Shown piece after piece: positions 1 to 9,265 of a stretch of 60,856 nucleotides of DNA. This DNA comes from Betaproteobacteria bacterium (GTDB lineage: Bacteria > Pseudomonadota > Gammaproteobacteria > Burkholderiales > JACQAP01). The stretch is taken from NCBI GenBank assembly GCA_052387775.1, contig JBQTIV010000011.1:1-60856 (forward strand), in the 5' to 3' direction. Every line of letters begins with the position of its first letter. Positions within the stretch are counted from its first letter, which is position 1. Position numbers and translations under genes: made by a program. The notes under the pieces were generated by a model. The model saw only the letters and a list, made by a program, of their open reading frames with translations, made no database searches and was not told the origin of the DNA.

Positions 1-2360
1 AGGCCGGCGGCGAGAAATGTGCGGCCACAACAAAGCGGGCGACCGCCGCCGCGCGGTGCAGCGATTTCGACCTGGTAGCCCGCGGCCTTCAGCACCTCCA
101 GCGCGGCATAGACATTTTCGGGTTCGAAGTAACGATTGAATGTATCCACCAGCAAGACCACCTCACCCCGGCCCTCTCCCCCTGCAGGCGGAGAGGGAGC
201 AAGAAACAGCCGGGCACTCCACCGAGGTAGGCTTCGTTGTGCGCTAAAGCCAAGCAGTTTCTCGGTCAACCATGGAAGACCGGGAACCGCGTCGCGCAGA
301 TTCAGCAACGATGCGAACTTCGAAGCAATCGGAGCGTACCGCGGCAGCCACGCAATCAGTCTCTGTCGCAGGGTGAGGCCGTGGCGCTTGTTGTAGTGAT
401 GCAGAAACTCGATCTTCATGCGCGCCATGTCCACGCCGGTCGGGCATTCGCGCTTGCAGCCCTTGCAACTGACGCACAGCGCCATGGTTTCGCGCATTGC
501 ATCCGCGGTCAGGGCATCCCGGCCCAGCTGTCCGGAAATCGCCAGCCGCAGTGTGTTGGCGCGGCCGCGGGTCAGGTGCTGCTCATCGCGCGTCACGCGG
601 AACGACGGGCACATGGTGCCGGCGTCGAACTTGCGGCAATGGCCGTTGTTATTGCACATTTCCACCGCCGGGCCGAAGCCGCCCCATTCCGACCAGTCGA
701 GCGCGGTCGCCAGCTTTTCGACCCGGTAACCGGGCCCGTAACGGAACAGCGAACGGTCGTCCATCTTCGTCGGCCGCACGATTTTGCCCGGATTCATCAG
801 GCCCTTCGGATCGAAGAGGTCCTTGATCCGCGTCAATGCAGCGCCCAATCGGCTCCCGAGTATCGGCTCTATCCACTCCGAGCGCACCAGTCCGTCGCCG
901 TGCTCGCCCGAGAACGCGCCTTTGAACTCCCTGACCATGGCACAGGCTTCTTCCGCGATCGCGCGCATCTTTTCCGCGCCATCGCGCCGCATATCCAGTA
1001 TCGGGCGCACGTGCAACGTGCCCACCGACGCATGCGCGTACCAGGTTCCGTGGGTGCCGTACTTGGCAAAGATTTTCGTCAGCCTGTCGGTGTACTCCGC
1101 CAGGTGTTCGAGCGGCACCGCGCAGTCCTCGATGAAGGACACCGGCTTGCCGTCGCCCTTCATCGACATCATGATGTTAAGCCCGGCCTTGCGCACCTCC
1201 CAGATTTCCTTCTGTAGCGCCGCGTCGGTGATCTCCACCACCGCCCCGGAATGTCCGAGATCGCCCATCATCTGCGTCAGGCGCTGAAGTTTTACGATCT
1301 GAGCGTTCCTGTCCTCACCGGCGAATTCCACCAGCAGGATGGCGGCGGGTTCGCCGTTGAGAAACCTTGCGACGACCGGGCGGAACGCCGAGTTGCCGCG
1401 CGCCAGATCGATCATGGTGCGGTCCACCAGTTCAACCGCGTCTGGGTCGAGCGTGACGATATGCCGGGTCAGATCCATGGCCTGGTAAAAGCTGGCGAAA
1501 TGCACGACGCCGAGGACCTTGTGCGCGGGGATTGGCGCAAGCCTCAGCGTTACGCGCTTGGAGAATGCGAGCGTGCCTTCCGAACCGACCAGCAGGTGCG
1601 CGAGGTTGTGCGCAGCCGGGTTCGATTCACTGCCCGGCAACACCATGTCCAAGTTGTACCCTTGCACCCGGCGCAGCATTTTGGGCCAGCGTGCTTCGAT
1701 CTCATCGGCTTCGTCTCGAGCGATCGCATGGATTTTCGCCACCAGGGCGCGATACGCAGGCGGGGCAGTCGCGAGCGCGTCGCTCCGACCGAAATGAAAC
1801 GCGTCCCCGCCCGGGAGCCAGGCATCCACGCCCAACACGTTGTGCACCATGTTGCCGTAGCGGATGGAGCGTGAGCCGCAGGAGTTGTTACCGGTCATTC
1901 CACCTATGGTGGCTTGCGCGGAGGTGGACACGTCCACCGGGAACCAGAGCTGATGCGGACGCAGGATGGCATTGAGCTCATCGAGGACCATGCCCGGTTG
2001 TACCGTCACTTCGCGCCTTCCGGCGTCGAACTCGATAACGGCCTTCAGGCTCTTGGAGCAATCGATGACCAGCGCCGCACCGACGCTCTGTCCGCATTGC
2101 GAGGTCCCGGCGCCGCGCGGCAGGATCGGCGTACCTTCCTCGACGGCGATCTGCAACGCGACGCGCGCAGCGTCCTCGGTGCGCGGCACCACCACTCCGA
2201 CAGGCTCGATCTGGTAGATCGAGGCATCGGTGCTATAGCGCCCGCGCGAGAACGCGTCGAAAAGCACCTCGCCGTCCACTTCGCGCTGCAGGCGCCGCGC
2301 CAGTACGCTGGAGGAGCGCCGTGCGGGACCTACGGCTATTGGAGCGGCGGGCGCATTCAC
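1..2360 (-). CDS. FAD-linked oxidase fused to 4Fe-4S / CCG cysteine-rich domains (GlcD-GlcF-like, YdiJ-type oxidoreductase). The C-terminus runs off the left edge of the window.
   Basis: Absent from the ORF track because it has no stop inside the window. My minus-strand translation from GTG at 2360 reads VNAPAAPIAVGPARRSSSVLARRLQREVDGEVLFDAFSRGRYSTDASIYQIEPVGVVVPRT...PILPRGAGTSQCGQS (FAD PCMH/GlcD type). Further on it reads MRETMALCVSCKGCKRECPTGVDMARMKIEF (Cx2Cx2Cx3CP cluster, around 430-500), then VVLLVDTFNRYFEPE...RPLCCGRTF (CCG domain). The plus-strand ORFs 237-1217 and 1251-1874 are its antisense shadows. Confidence 0.8.
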   Translation of the reverse strand, partial: MNAPAAPIAVGPARRSSSVLARRLQREVDGEVLFDAFSRGRYSTDASIYQIEPVGVVVPRTEDAARVALQIAVEEGTPILPRGAGTSQCGQSVGAALVIDCSKSLKAVIEFDAGRREVTVQPGMVLDELNAILRPHQLWFPVDVSTSAQATIGGMTGNNSCGSRSIRYGNMVHNVLGVDAWLPGGDAFHFGRSDALATAPPAYRALVAKIHAIARDEADEIEARWPKMLRRVQGYNLDMVLPGSESNPAAHNLAHLLVGSEGTLAFSKRVTLRLAPIPAHKVLGVVHFASFYQAMDLTRHIVTLDPDAVELVDRTMIDLARGNSAFRPVVARFLNGEPAAILLVEFAGEDRNAQIVKLQRLTQMMGDLGHSGAVVEITDAALQKEIWEVRKAGLNIMMSMKGDGKPVSFIEDCAVPLEHLAEYTDRLTKIFAKYGTHGTWYAHASVGTLHVRPILDMRRDGAEKMRAIAEEACAMVREFKGAFSGEHGDGLVRSEWIEPILGSRLGAALTRIKDLFDPKGLMNPGKIVRPTKMDDRSLFRYGPGYRVEKLATALDWSEWGGFGPAVEMCNNNGHCRKFDAGTMCPSFRVTRDEQHLTRGRANTLRLAISGQLGRDALTADAMRETMALCVSCKGCKRECPTGVDMARMKIEFLHHYNKRHGLTLRQRLIAWLPRYAPIASKFASLLNLRDAVPGLPWLTEKLLGFSAQRSLPRWSARLFLAPSPPAGGEGRGEVVLLVDTFNRYFEPENVYAALEVLKAAGYQVEIAAPRGGGRPLCCGRTFLAAG

Positions 2361-2497
2361 TGGTTGGCTGGTGCTCGCAATGGAAGCAGCACGAATGATA
2401 CCGCGAGGGCCTGAGGGAAGCTCCGCATGGGTCCCCCGAGCGGCTTGAGGCCGGGATGGAAAGTGAGTAGGCTCGATGTTTACTTCAGGGTGTGCCG

Positions 2498-3700
2498 ATG
2501 ACGCATCGCCGCGGACGTCATTTCCTCCAGATTCCGGGACCTACCAACGTTCCCGACCGCGTGTTGCGCGCGATCGATCGGCCGACGATCGACCATCGCG
2601 GAGCTGAGTTCGCTGCGCTGGGCCACGAGGTGCTCGACGGGCTCAAGCAGGTTTTCAGGACTACGGGCGAAGTCATCATCTATCCCGCCTCGGGCACCGG
2701 CGCGTGGGAAGCTGCGCTGGTCAATACGCTGTCTCCCGGGGATAGCGTGATGATGGTCGAGACCGGCCAGTTCGCTGTGCAATGGCAGAAACTGGCGACC
2801 CGACTAGGGCTCAACGTGGATTTCATCCCGGGCGACTGGCGCCACGGCGTGGATCCCGCGCTAATCGAACAGCGGCTTGCGGCGGATCGCGACCGCCGCA
2901 TCAAAGCCGTATGCGTAGTCCACAACGAAACCTCCACCGGGGTGACCAGCAGGATTGCCTTGCTGCGCAAGGCGATGGATCGCGCCGCGCATCCCGCGCT
3001 GCTGATGGTGGATACGATATCGTCGTTGGCGTCGATCGACTACCGCCACGACGAATGGGGTGTGGATGTCACGGTGGCCGGCTCGCAGAAAGGGCTGATG
3101 CTGCCGCCGGGGCTTTCCTTCAACGCCATCGGCGCCAAGGCGCTGGCGGCATCAAAAAAGGCCGTGCTGCCGCGTTCCTACTGGAGCTGGGAGGAGATGC
3201 TCGGGCCGAACCGCTCAGGTTTCTTCCCCTACACCCCGGCCACCAATCTTCTCTATGGACTGCGCGAGGCGCTTCACATGCTGATGGAGGAAGGCCTGGA
3301 TGACGTATTCGCGCGCCACGCGCGCCACGGCGAAGCTACGCGCCGTGCCGTGCTCGCCTGGGGCCTGGAAATCCTGTGCGCGAATCCCGACGAATACAGC
3401 AATTCTCTCACCGCGGTTTTGCTGCCCCCCGGCCATGACGCCGACAAGGTGCGGGAAATCGTCCTCGATCGCTTCGACATGTCGCTCGGCACAGGGTTGG
3501 GAAAGATGCAGGGAAAAGTGTTTCGCATCGGCCATCTCGGCGATTTCAACGACCTGATGCTCGCGGGCACGCTGTGCGGAGTGGAAATGGGCCTTGGACT
3601 CGCTGGCGTGCCAATTCGCCGGGAAGGGGTCGCCGCCGCTCTCGATTTCCTCGCGGGCGCACCGGCTGCGCGCCCGGCCGTAAGGCTTGCGAAAGGCTGA
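2498..3700 (+). CDS. Class V pyridoxal-phosphate aminotransferase (serine-glyoxylate / alanine-glyoxylate aminotransferase type)
   Basis: The 402-aa ORF is trimmed to the ATG at 2498. It reads MTHRRGRHFLQIPGPTNVPDRVLRAID..., has VHNETSTGV, and has the PLP-lysine context VAGSQKGLMLPPGLSF typical of AGXT/SgaA-type enzymes. It is divergent from the FAD/Fe-S oxidoreductase. Confidence 0.8.
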   Translation: MTHRRGRHFLQIPGPTNVPDRVLRAIDRPTIDHRGAEFAALGHEVLDGLKQVFRTTGEVIIYPASGTGAWEAALVNTLSPGDSVMMVETGQFAVQWQKLATRLGLNVDFIPGDWRHGVDPALIEQRLAADRDRRIKAVCVVHNETSTGVTSRIALLRKAMDRAAHPALLMVDTISSLASIDYRHDEWGVDVTVAGSQKGLMLPPGLSFNAIGAKALAASKKAVLPRSYWSWEEMLGPNRSGFFPYTPATNLLYGLREALHMLMEEGLDDVFARHARHGEATRRAVLAWGLEILCANPDEYSNSLTAVLLPPGHDADKVREIVLDRFDMSLGTGLGKMQGKVFRIGHLGDFNDLMLAGTLCGVEMGLGLAGVPIRREGVAAALDFLAGAPAARPAVRLAKG

Positions 3701-3734
3701 TCGCCGGCGCAGTTCAGTTCCGGCACCAAAGGAA

Positions 3735-3883
3735 AACGCTCAACACGGAGGACGCAGAGGAAGTACGAAATCAACCAAACATTCGCGAGAAATTACGGGT
3801 ATCGGTAGTCAATTCAGCACCAATGCCGCTCTTAACTCCCCTATGCTTTTCCTCGTTTTCGGTTTTCCTCCGCGTTGAGCGTT
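3735..3883. repeat. REP-like inverted repeat pair in the convergent intergenic region between the aminotransferase gene and tsaC
   Basis: AACGCTCAACACGGAGGA (3735-3752) pairs with TCCTCCGCGTTGAGCGTT (3866-3883). The reverse-complement match is 17/18, with a 113-bp spacer. No coding potential. Confidence 0.6.
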
Positions 3884-3892
3884 ACTCTTTTC

Positions 3893-4891
3893 TCAATTCG
3901 CGCTCGCGGCGGTCGCTTGTGTAGCCCGTTCGGGTGTGGCCGCGCGCTCAAGGCGGTCGCGCACCGCGGCCCACTCGGCAACCTCGGGGAGCGCCTCGAC
4001 TATGATCAGGCCGCATCCGGCGGCGTCGAGGCGACGCAACATCCCGTAGAGCAGGCGCGCATACTCTTCCGCAATTTCGGGCGCCACTTGCCACAACGCC
4101 ACTTTCGAATCGCGCGGGCGCCCGCGGCGGGCCAGCACCGCGACCGGCGGCGGCACGACGTGGCGACGCACGTAGGTCTCGATTTCGTCCGGATCAACGA
4201 TCTTCAGTGGCGTGCGCGGCGCATAATGCGATGCGAGCGACCCCGGCACGCGCGGCCGGTCCACCGCTGCTTCGCCGAGCGGCACCAGCAACGCATCGGC
4301 GATTTGCTGCGCGCTCACGCGTCCGGGGCGCAGTATGGCCGGGGGGTCACGGGTGAGATCCACAATCGTGGATTCGATACCGACGTCGCAGGCTCCGCCG
4401 TCCAGAATAATCTCCACCGCGTCGCCGAGTTCCTCGCGCACGTGCTCTGCCGTGGTCGGGGAAAGTCTGCCGAACCTGTTCGCCGATGGCGCGGCGATGC
4501 CTCCGCCGAAAGCCTTCAACAATTTCTGTGCGACGGGATGCCGGGGAACCCGCAAGCCAATGGTGTTCTGGCCGCCGGAGATCAGGTCGTTCACCTGCGG
4601 CGCGCGCTTGAGCACCATGGTGAGGGGGCCCGGCCAGAATTTCTCCGCGAGCAGCCATGCAGCACGCGGCACCTCCGCCGCCCAGTGTTTCAGTTCGCTC
4701 ATGTCGGCGATGTGGACGATCAGCGGATGGTCGGCGGGACGGCCCTTGGCGATGAAGATCTTTTTCACCGCGGCGGGATTGGAAGCGTCCGCGCCGAGTC
4801 CGTACACGGTCTCGGTCGGAAACGCGACCAGACCCCCCGCACGGAGGACTTCTGCGGCTTTCTGGATTTTCCGGTCAGAGACCACGAACAC
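3893..4891 (-). CDS. tsaC: L-threonylcarbamoyladenylate synthase, long Sua5/YwlC form (YrdC domain plus Sua5 C-terminal domain)
   Basis: 332 aa with a GTG start. Motifs: GGLVAFPTETVYGLGADA, KGRPADHPLIVHI, APSANRFGRLSPT. An extra ~120-aa C-terminal domain follows. Confidence 0.85.
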   Translation of the reverse strand: MFVVSDRKIQKAAEVLRAGGLVAFPTETVYGLGADASNPAAVKKIFIAKGRPADHPLIVHIADMSELKHWAAEVPRAAWLLAEKFWPGPLTMVLKRAPQVNDLISGGQNTIGLRVPRHPVAQKLLKAFGGGIAAPSANRFGRLSPTTAEHVREELGDAVEIILDGGACDVGIESTIVDLTRDPPAILRPGRVSAQQIADALLVPLGEAAVDRPRVPGSLASHYAPRTPLKIVDPDEIETYVRRHVVPPPVAVLARRGRPRDSKVALWQVAPEIAEEYARLLYGMLRRLDAAGCGLIIVEALPEVAEWAAVRDRLERAATPERATQATAASAN

Positions 4892-4910
4892 CTCTGCGCT
4901 TAGCGCCGGT

Positions 4911-5798
4911 CTATTGTGTGAGCAGCTTGAGAGCTTCTTCGTATTTTTCCGCGGTCTTCCTGAGCACGTCGGCCGGCAGGGGCGGTGCCGGCGGTTGCTT
5001 GTTCCATTTCTGTGATTCCAGCCAGTCGCGCACGAACTGCTTATCGAACGAGGGCGGGTTGATCCCGACCCGGTAATGCTGTTTTGGCCAGAAGCGCGAG
5101 GAATCCGGAGTCAATGCCTCGTCGATAAGGTAGAGCTTGCCGCTGGCATCGCGGCCGAACTCGAACTTGGTATCGGCAATGATGATGCCGCGCGTGGCGG
5201 CATAGGCCGCCGCCTCGGAATAAAGCTGGATCGCCTTGTCGCGTACTTGTTCCGCCAGCGACTTGCCGATCAGCATTTCCATCTCCACGAAAGGAATGTT
5301 TTCGTCGTGCGATCCGATCGCAGCCTTGGTGGAAGGCGTAAAGATCGGCTCGGGAAGTTGCTGCGCCTCCTTCAGCCCGGCGGGCAGCGCAATACCGCAG
5401 ATCATCTGGGTCTTCTGGTAATCCTTCCACCCCGAGCCGGCCATATAACCGCGCACGATTGCTTCGATGGGCAACGGCTGCAAGCGCCGCACCACGAAGG
5501 CGCGCCCCTGTACCTGGCCGCGCTCCTCCGCCGCGACCAGCGTCTCCGGAGCCACGTCGAGCAGGTGATTCGGAATCACGTGGCGCAGCCTCCGGAACCA
5601 GAAGTTCGACATCTCGGTGAGTACCCGGCCCTTGCCCGGCACCGGGGTGGGAAGAATCACGTCGAAAGCCGACAAGCGGTCGGTCTGCACGATCAGCAGG
5701 CGCTCGGCGTCCACTGCGTAAAGGTCGCGCACCTTGCCGCGATGAAGCAACTGGAGCGATTTCAGGCTGGTTTCGTGTATTGGCTGTGTTGCACTCAT
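4911..5798 (-). CDS. purC: Phosphoribosylaminoimidazole-succinocarboxamide (SAICAR) synthase
   Basis: Reads [34 protein letters not shown]... and ADTKFEFG. I prefer the ATG at 5798 (MSATQP) over the TTG at 5819, which abuts the purE stop. Confidence 0.9.
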   Translation of the reverse strand: MSATQPIHETSLKSLQLLHRGKVRDLYAVDAERLLIVQTDRLSAFDVILPTPVPGKGRVLTEMSNFWFRRLRHVIPNHLLDVAPETLVAAEERGQVQGRAFVVRRLQPLPIEAIVRGYMAGSGWKDYQKTQMICGIALPAGLKEAQQLPEPIFTPSTKAAIGSHDENIPFVEMEMLIGKSLAEQVRDKAIQLYSEAAAYAATRGIIIADTKFEFGRDASGKLYLIDEALTPDSSRFWPKQHYRVGINPPSFDKQFVRDWLESQKWNKQPPAPPLPADVLRKTAEKYEEALKLLTQ

Positions 5799-5819
5799 TT
5801 GGACTTCGATGCAGTTCAA

Positions 5820-6329
5820 TCAGGGTAGTTCGGGCAGCTTTGCCGCTTTCACCGCGTCCGCCTGCTTGATGCGGAACGCCTGCAGCCGTTTGGCCAATCC
5901 GGCATCGTTCAACGCCAGCATTGCCACCGCAAACAATCCGGCGTTGGCCGCGCCGCCGTCGCCGATCGCAAAGGTGGCGACCGGGATGCCTTTAGGCATC
6001 TGCACCATCGACAGCAGCGAGTCGAGGCCTCCGAGATGCTTTGAGGGAATCGGCACGGCCAGCACCGGCAGCGTGGTCAGCGCAGCGATCACTCCAGCGA
6101 GATGTGCGGCACCGCCGGCACCGGCGATGAAGCACTGCGTTCCGTCTTCGACGCATTTATTCACATACTCCGTGAGCAGCTGCGGAGTGCGGTGAGCGGA
6201 CAACGCGCGCGCATCGTAGCGCACGCCGAAGTCCTTTAACTGCTGCGCCGCGTGCTGCATGACGTTCCAATCGTTGCTGCTGCCCATCACGATCGAAACG
6301 AGTGGCGCGGTTGCTTTCCTGGTTGCCAT
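5820..6329 (-). CDS. purE: N5-carboxyaminoimidazole ribonucleotide mutase
   Basis: Reads MATRKATAPLVSIVMGSSNDWNVM...SAHRTP...GAGGAAHLAGV. The ATG at 6329 is preceded by CAGGAGAGATC (a strong SD). The track ORF start at 6383 is a TTG extension. Confidence 0.9.
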   Translation of the reverse strand: MATRKATAPLVSIVMGSSNDWNVMQHAAQQLKDFGVRYDARALSAHRTPQLLTEYVNKCVEDGTQCFIAGAGGAAHLAGVIAALTTLPVLAVPIPSKHLGGLDSLLSMVQMPKGIPVATFAIGDGGAANAGLFAVAMLALNDAGLAKRLQAFRIKQADAVKAAKLPELP

Positions 6330-6391
6330 GATCTCTCCTGTACTAGTCGGCCGAAGTAATCTTGAGCCCAATGATACCGACAACGATCATT

Positions 6392-6429
6392 TCGCCTCTC
6401 GCCTCTCGCCTCACGCCTCACGCCTCACC
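6392..6429. repeat. Heptanucleotide tandem repeat: TCGCCTC x3 plus ACGCCTC x2 plus a partial unit. On the transcribed minus strand this is GAGGCGT/GAGGCGA.
   Basis: Direct reading gives tcgcctc 6392-98, 6399-6405 and 6406-12, and acgcctc 6413-19 and 6420-26, then accc. It lies in the 103-bp pyk-purE spacer. Confidence 0.9.
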
Positions 6430-6432
6430 CAT

Positions 6433-7866
6433 CTACGGCTTGCGGCTTTCGCCGACCTTGACGATTTTCATGGTGTTGGTGCCGCCGGGCGCGCCGATCG
6501 GCTCACCGAACGTGATCACGATCAGGTCGCCCTTCTGTACCAGCCCCGCGGTCACCAGCTGGTCTTCCGCCTCCTGCAAAAGGTGGTCGCGGTCGTGGCC
6601 GACGTATTTGATCAACAGCGGATAGACATCGCGGTACAGGCTCAACCGATAACGCGTGGAAATTTCCGGCGTCAGCGCGTAGATCGGCACCCCGCAGTTC
6701 ATGCGCGAAATCCACAGGGCTGTGGAGCCGGACTGGGTCAGTGCCGCAATCGCTTTGACTTTCAAGTGGTACGCGGTAAAAAGCGCCGCCATTGCGATCG
6801 ACTGGTCGACGCGGGTAAACACACGATCAAGGAATTCACGGTCCAGCGTCACCTCCGCGGATTTCTCCGCTTCGAGGCAGATGCGCGCCATCGCTTCGAC
6901 GGTTTCAACCGGGTATTTTCCGCTGGCCGTCTCGGCGGAGAGCATCACCGCGTCCGTGCCGTCGAGAACCGCATTGGCGACGTCGGAGACCTCCGCGCGC
7001 GTGGGCAACGGGCTCGCGATCATTGACTCCATCATCTGCGTCGCAGTGATGGTGAGTTTGTTGCGCTCGCGCGCGGCGCGAATCATGCGTTTCTGCAACG
7101 CCGGCACCGCGGCATCGCCGACTTCCACAGCAAGATCGCCGCGCGCCACCATGATGCCATCGCTTGCCTCCATGATCTCCTCCATGGAGGCAATTGCCTC
7201 GGCGCGCTCCATCTTGGCAATCAAAATCGAGCGCCCGCCGGCCGAACGCATCAGCTCCTTCGCCATGTACATGTCGGCGCCGCTCTTGGGGAAGGACACC
7301 GCCAGGAAATCCGCCTTCATCGCCACCGATGTCTTGATGTCCTCCATGTCCCTGGCGGTCAGCGCGGGAGCGGTGAGTCCCCCGCCCTGGCGGTTGATGC
7401 CCTTGTTGTTGGAGAGAACACCGCCCACCCGCACCGTGGTGGTGATCTGACTGCCTTGAACCTTCTGTACATCGAGTACCAGCCGGCCATCGTCCAGCAG
7501 CAGCACCGAGCCCGGCGAGACGTCGCGCGGCAGTTCCTTGTAATCCAGGCCCACGCGTTCCTGGTTTCCGAGCGCGACCTCGGCATCAAGGACGAAAATC
7601 TCGCCCTTGACTAGGGTGACTTTTCCTTTTTCGAACTTGCCGATGCGTATCTTCGGCCCCTGCAGGTCGCACATGATGCCAACCGTGCGCTCCATGGTGC
7701 GCGCTACCTCGCGCACCACTTCCGCGCGGGCCAGATGTTCCTCTGCGCTGCCGTGCGAGAAATTCATGCGAACCACGTCGACCCCAGCTGCGATCATGCG
7801 CGTCAATACTTCGCGTTCGCCTGATGCCGGGCCGAGAGTGGCTACGATTTTCGTGCTTCGTTGCAT
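6433..7866 (-). CDS. pyk: Pyruvate kinase
   Basis: 477 aa. Reads MQRSTKIVATLGPAS...VVRMNFSHG...GIMVARGDLAVEVG...ATQMMESM. Confidence 0.93.
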   Translation of the reverse strand: MQRSTKIVATLGPASGEREVLTRMIAAGVDVVRMNFSHGSAEEHLARAEVVREVARTMERTVGIMCDLQGPKIRIGKFEKGKVTLVKGEIFVLDAEVALGNQERVGLDYKELPRDVSPGSVLLLDDGRLVLDVQKVQGSQITTTVRVGGVLSNNKGINRQGGGLTAPALTARDMEDIKTSVAMKADFLAVSFPKSGADMYMAKELMRSAGGRSILIAKMERAEAIASMEEIMEASDGIMVARGDLAVEVGDAAVPALQKRMIRAARERNKLTITATQMMESMIASPLPTRAEVSDVANAVLDGTDAVMLSAETASGKYPVETVEAMARICLEAEKSAEVTLDREFLDRVFTRVDQSIAMAALFTAYHLKVKAIAALTQSGSTALWISRMNCGVPIYALTPEISTRYRLSLYRDVYPLLIKYVGHDRDHLLQEAEDQLVTAGLVQKGDLIVITFGEPIGAPGGTNTMKIVKVGESRKP

Positions 7867-7963
7867 TGAATTTTCACCTCAGAAACGCGGACATGGTTGC
7901 GTGCCGTTGTTTTCGCCTCTTCATTGAGCACTCCGCAGTTTGTCTCTTTGCCCCTGTGGAAGA

Positions 7964-9151
7964 TCAGGGCCCCGGAGAAGCCCGCTGTTCGAGAATTTCC
8001 ACTGCCGGAAGTGTTCTGCCTTCCAGGAATTCCAGAAAAGCGCCGCCACCGGTGGAAATGTAGCCGATTTTTTTCTCGATGCCGTACTTGGCGATCGCCG
8101 CAACCGTATCGCCGCCGCCGGCGATCGAAAATGCCCGGGAAGCCGCAATCGCATGCGCGATGGTCTTTGTGCCCTCGCCGAACTGGTCGAACTCGAACAC
8201 GCCCACCGGGCCAGTCCAGACGATCGTACCGGCCTTGCCGAGCGCCTCGGCAAGCTGCTTGGCGGTCCTGGGGCCGATGTCGAGGATCAGGTCATCGGCC
8301 GCGACATCTATCACTTCCTTCACCGCCGCCTTTGCCTGCGCGGAAAATTCCTTCGCGCACACCACGTCTACCGGGATCGGCACGGCCCCGCCTTTCTCCT
8401 TGAGCGCTTCGATGATTGCCTTCGCTGCGCCCACCAGTTCGGCCTCGACCAGAGACTTCCCCACCGGCAGCCCCGCAGCCAGCATGAAGGTGTTGGCGAT
8501 ACCGCCGCCGACGATCAGTTGATCCACTTTTTGCGCCAGCTCTCCCAGGATGCGGAGCTTGGTGGAGACCTTGGAGCCGGCAACTATCGCCACCAGCGGC
8601 CGTTTTGGTGCACTGAGCGCCTTGCCCAACGCTTCCAGCTCCGCTGCCATCAGCGGCCCGGCGCAGGCGACAACCGCAAATCTGGCGATCCCGTGGGTTG
8701 TCGCTTCGGCGCGATGCGCGCTGCCGAATGCGTCGTTCACATAAACGTCGCACAGCGCCGCCATTTTTCTCGACAGGGTCTCGTCGTTCTTCTTTTCCCC
8801 CCTGTTGGCCCGGCAATTCTCCAGCAGCACGACCTGTCCGGGTTTCACTTCCACGCCCTCCACCCAATTCGTCTTGAGCGGGACCGGCATGCCAAGCAGT
8901 TCCGACAGTCGCTTTGCCACCGGCGCCAGCGAATCTTTGGGACTCAACTCGCCTTCAGTCGGCCGCCCGAGGTGAGAAGTCACCATCACTGCGGCGCCAG
9001 CGGTCAGTGCGTGGCGGACCGCCGGCACCGAGGCGCGGATACGAGTGTCGTCGGTGATGTTGCCGGCGTCATCCTGCGGCACGTTCAGATCCGCGCGAAT
9101 GAACACGCGCTTGCCGCGCAGATCGAGATCGGTCATCCGCAGGAACGTCAT
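7964..9151 (-). CDS. pgk: Phosphoglycerate kinase
   Basis: 395 aa. Reads [13 protein letters not shown]...[10 protein letters not shown]...[10 protein letters not shown]...[13 protein letters not shown]. Confidence 0.95.
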   Translation of the reverse strand: MTFLRMTDLDLRGKRVFIRADLNVPQDDAGNITDDTRIRASVPAVRHALTAGAAVMVTSHLGRPTEGELSPKDSLAPVAKRLSELLGMPVPLKTNWVEGVEVKPGQVVLLENCRANRGEKKNDETLSRKMAALCDVYVNDAFGSAHRAEATTHGIARFAVVACAGPLMAAELEALGKALSAPKRPLVAIVAGSKVSTKLRILGELAQKVDQLIVGGGIANTFMLAAGLPVGKSLVEAELVGAAKAIIEALKEKGGAVPIPVDVVCAKEFSAQAKAAVKEVIDVAADDLILDIGPRTAKQLAEALGKAGTIVWTGPVGVFEFDQFGEGTKTIAHAIAASRAFSIAGGGDTVAAIAKYGIEKKIGYISTGGGAFLEFLEGRTLPAVEILEQRASPGP

Positions 9152-9265
9152 GGTCTCAAGTCAACATCGTTCCGCCACAAAAAACACTCCGGGCGCAGTG
9201 GAGACAAAAGTCAGAAGTCTCACGGGCCTTTTTTTCTTTGTGCCCTCTGCACCAAACGCTTCTAC

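Noticed and set aside
6343-6390. 15-codon mini-ORF (MIVVGIIGLKITSAD*) between the heptamer array and purE, as a possible leader peptide
   Set aside because: It has no SD of its own beyond the repeat, no regulatory codon pattern (no run of relevant amino acids) and no attenuator-like alternative hairpins that I could see. This is too speculative to call.
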